Origin: Eledone cirrhosa
Taxonomy: Eukaryota
Assembly (NCBI GenBank): GCA_964016885.1
Contig: OZ024743.1
Location: 109,244,001-109,308,000 of the forward strand
Direction: 5' to 3'
Length of the DNA stretch: 64,000 bases
The position numbers and the translations under genes are program-made. The notes beneath the pieces were generated by a model that was not told the origin of the DNA, did no database searches, and worked only from the letters and a program-made list of their open reading frames with translations. Position 1 is the stretch's first letter. Every line of letters starts with the position of its first letter. Positions 59,504 through 64,000 of this stretch are shown here, in pieces.

Positions 59504-59900
59504 TGGGAAATAAGATAACAAGGTCGATTGGTTACTCCTTCATTACGTTTATTGGTTGGTGACGCGCGTTTCGCCACTGATCAGCTCAAGGTTGGATCAG
59601 TATCGATCTGACCCGACTCTGTAATCCACAACTGGTCAGACCCCTTGTAACCTTACAAGGTGTCTGACGAGCCGCGGATTACAGAGTAGGGTTAGATCGA
59701 TACAGATCGAAGCTTGAGCTGATCAGTGGCGAAACGCGCTTCACCAACCAATAAACGTAATAAAGGATGACCAATCGTCATTGTTATCTTATTTCCCTAT
59801 AATACACTCTATATGGCTCTACACCTCGACACTAAAGTGAACCTAACCATCGAGTGCTCACCCGGGTGAACCTACACTAACTCCAAGTTACACCCCCTGG
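59504..59900 (+). mobile_element. Fold-back PLE-like terminus (~147 bp arms centred at 59651) plus tail, with a long-stem-II HHR motif in each arm
   Basis: Plus 59661-59745: CTGACGA-gcc...ggc-GAAA-cgcgct-TC-acc. Minus 59558-59642: ggt-CTGACCA-gtt...ggc-GAAA-cgcgcg-TC-acc. Confidence 0.82.
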
Positions 59901-60919
59901 ATATATATATACGTATATATATGTATGTATACGTGTTATACTTTTGGTACAAGGTCAGACATTATCCCAGTGCATTAATGTTCTTTATTTTATCGACCCC
60001 GTAAGGATGAAAGGCAAAGTTAACCTCGGCGGGATTTGAACTCAGATTATAAATATGGGTTCGATTCCCACGCGTCAAAATATCCATTTATTATTTCTCG
60101 CTTCCATTTATACATACATATATATATATATATGTATGTATATATACACCACTAATTTTAGTTAGACATGGGTAAACAGTTTTAGTTTGAGAGAATGAAA
60201 TATAATTTGACTATTTTTGTTGAAATTTGTTTCGCACAAAAGGGGTAAAAATATGTGCTACGTTTCCACATCATATTTGTATTTCTTACATTTATTTTCA
60301 TTATGTTCAAATGTTGGTGAAAATGAGAATGACATGCAAACAATTTAGTTTCTTAGGCAATTCTTAACTATTCTAGAATCATCTTTTCTATTGTCATTGT
60401 CACTTTGTAAATAAAACATTCTATACCTAATTGTTAAATGAAGATATTTTGGGAAGAATTCAATAATATTTCCCTGTATTTTTTTGAACAAAACAAGAAA
60501 AACCTTTTTCATTTAAGTGTATAAACAAAAGGCGCAAATACATTTTTTTATGTTAAAGAATGAACATTTCATTTTCAAATCTAAATTAATTTCTTCTCCA
60601 TTTTACTTTGGGGCTAAATAGAATATTCATTGTTAGAAGCTGAAAACGAATATATTTAACAAATAATGCAAAGCCATACCTTAAAATGCCAAAAGCAGAT
60701 TTGAAACCATCATGGCATTGCATATATGTAGGTTTTCTAAAGAATGTTCTAATTATATTAGCTTATCCCTTTGGCTCCTAAAACAAGAGTTAGAATTAAG
60801 GTCAACATTTAAATTTGGTTCCAGTGATCGGAGCGACATAAATCCATACACTAATACATTTATATATATATATATATATACACATTTATATATGTATTAT
60901 GTATTATACACACACACAC

Positions 60920-61040
<121 letters not shown>

Positions 61041-61627
61041 TATACACAAAGGTAATAGAGATGGCATTGACTACTATACAAATATATATATCTAGATACA
61101 TACACACACACACATATATGTATTAATATATATAAATATATATACATATATATATGTATATATACATGCATACACCCACGCATACATACATACATAAATG
61201 TAATAAATAGAGAATAGTGCTGAAAATGTAATGCTTAGATAGTTGATTTGTTGCCCTACAGATGTCAGATGGGGTAATTAAAATAGTTGATGGTTTTACT
61301 GCGATCGTATATGAAAGTCGTAATTAATAAAACTCAATCGTGCCCTAGAAATAATGATCTCGGGTTCGAGGTTGTAAAGGAGAGGGGTTACTACATTAAA
61401 GCTAGACACTTCAACGCAGCCAAAGAGCTAATTTATCAATTGTTCCTCCAAGCTATTTTACAATTCTTTGAGTGTGTCAAAACTTAACGTTTTCCTTTCG
61501 TTCTCCCCTCCTCTCTCTCTCTCTATCTCTTTCTCTCTATCTCCCTCTCTTCTTTCAAGAAAAAAATATGTCCAACATTGAAATTCACAATTCAATAATA
61601 ATAATCATTTGTAACATAATAGCACTG

Positions 61628-61646
61628 CTAATAAAATACTACTACC

Positions 61647-61730
<84 letters not shown>

Positions 61731-61800
61731 TAACAACAATAATGACAAGAACAGCAACAACAACAACAATAACAACAACAACTATAATAATAATAACAAT
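61628..61800. repeat. (AAT)n/(AAC)n microsatellite
   Basis: Visible directly. Confidence 0.97.
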
Positions 61801-64000
61801 TGACGTTGATGATAATTATCAATGGATAAAAAAAAGAAAAAAATCATAAACAGTATATTCATCAAAAGTAATTATATTCATCTGCCTCAACTATTGCTTT
61901 ATTTAAATGTTAGTGAAAAACATTAGTTTTCTTGGTGATAGCTGCAAGGTAACATGAAATCGTTGCATGATTATAGTTCTTCATCCAGATTCGATTCTCT
62001 GATCCAGCTGAAATAAAATAATACACATATTTGTTATGAAGTTGTAGAATAAATTAGAAAATAAGCAAACGATAGGCCAGTTAAATGCACTAATATCGAA
62101 AGTAGATGCGGGAAAATTCTCTTCACAGCAAGTTGCACGCTATCAATTGTGATTCCATAAATGAAGCCTGATCTACTTTATAACAATCAAACATGATAGC
62201 TATAATTACTCGTTGAGCTCTATTCATTGACTCTGAGTGCTAGAAAGAGCAACTAAATCCCAATCATATTCCAATGTATTAAAAAATTGGAAAATTTTAG
62301 ATACTGTTTTATGAACACTATGCATGTAAAACTGAGGTAAACGCTACGGCAAGATCGTCTTAGCATAGACATCTCTTGGAACGGAGCTGACTTGGACCTA
62401 AATATGGCATAAAGCTAGTGGCATAAAGCAAGAAGTTACTACTAACTGTTTCGAACATGGGATAATATTTCTATAAAACAGTTTGATGTAATTACTCTTC
62501 TAACTTCACAATTTCATGAAAAGCCATTTACATTATACGAAAATAAATGCGCATTGTCTACAAGAAAGAAAACACTTGTTTTTTTATCTTTATGTGGTCA
62601 ATAAATAAAGTACCAGTCACGAACTAGGGTTGATTCTATCGACTTTCCCCCTCTGCCAAAATGTCTCGCCTTGTGCCTATACCTGAAACAATTATTAAAG
62701 GTAATGGAAAAGGTTGCGAGGTGAAGCGTTGTTAGGTGAGACGGTCTTTTTCCAAGGAAAGCTCGATCCGTTTGAAGGCGAACTGGCGCTTGAGGTCGTC
62801 CGAGTCGAATTGGATACTGGTACTCAGAGGGACGTCGTCCAATCAGCCAGAACTGACTCCAGTTCCCGGGCCACATCACATTGTGTCATCTTTCGGATGA
62901 CCTCGTTATTGGGATAAACAAATTATATTTTATTATTCTGATTTGGATATATATGTCAGCAACACACATACACACTCGAATATAAAGATAGTGTACCATG
63001 ACGCATCTATGTAAAATTATGTGTATGGGTTTGTGGAATTAGCCTATCCTACGTTTATATCTACTGCACTATTGGACCAAGAAAATACGTGAAATAACGA
63101 ATGTTTTAATTATATGTTTGACATTTGGTATCGAACTTCAAAACTTTATTTGGTGTATAAATAGATAAGTAGATAAATGATCCATCGGGTAAAATTTTGA
63201 AATCTAATTTAGGTACAAGGCCAGCAAATTTGGGTGAGATCCTTTACGATTATACCGACACGAGTTAATTTCAGGTAATTGTTTTTACGAACTCAAAAGG
63301 GTGAAATGAAAATTTGACCCCGGCGAGATTTCAAGCCAGAAAATAAAAAGACGGACAAATAATTGTAATCATATGTTCGACGCACTAACCGCGCTTCCAA
63401 TCCATCGCCCTAATGATTGATAATTTTGCCACAGGGTTAGAAACTTTTTGTTTGAATTTGATTCTATAGGATTATTTTATCTCACTAGGGAGAAGTTAAG
63501 GCAAATTTAACCTCGGCAGGAAGTGAAGTCAACGTAAATTCCGGAACAAATACTGCTACGCATTTGTCCGATGCTCTCATCTATCGCTTTATATCAAATA
63601 GAATGTTATAATGTTTTTAGAACAACTATCTCAGAAGAAATAATAATAATTTTCTTTTCCATTTCACTAATATATTGTACATCATATTTTCAAACCTAGG
63701 CTTTTAAGATTTGCATCTCTACAATAGAAACGTCAATTTCGTACAACTCAATCTAAACGTAATCTCATTCCAGGTCAAGCATAATAACATAAATCGACCT
63801 ATCACTTTAACAAAATTCAAGTACCACAAAAGAAACGTTAAAAAAAAAAGAATGTTAATATATGATAGAGTAAAATAGTTATATCGATCGAAATATGGTG
63901 AGAGTTTAAAATCTGTTACGTTAAGCAAATTTATTTGGTAGCGAATACGAAATATTGATTTTTATTCGTTTCATGGACTTAACATGTCTTAACCGAATTT

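Overview
AT-rich animal genomic DNA, dense in repeats. The microsatellite load and SINE families suggest a cephalopod such as Octopus (inference, not verified). I can support no intact host gene. The window is a mosaic of decayed retroelements embedded in microsatellites: (1) a near full-length RTE-clade LINE (10.2-14.1 kb) inside a head-to-tail array of its own 3' ends and non-autonomous derivatives; (2) R4/Dong-type RLE LINE fragments; (3) RTEX-like and L1/Tx1-like fragments; (4) an internally deleted mariner, a pogo/Tigger-like MITE and many tRNA-derived SINEs; (5) several Penelope-like elements (PLEs), including a Naiad-type RT + GIY-YIG copy. The most interesting signal is a set of fold-back (palindromic) PLE termini, almost all next to (TA)n tracts. 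Most carry minimal hammerhead ribozyme (HHR) motifs, and one family keeps an atypical core (U3-A8 swap, GCAA instead of GAAA) across its copies. All calls come from reading the sequence by eye; boundaries are approximate and ribozyme activity is untested.
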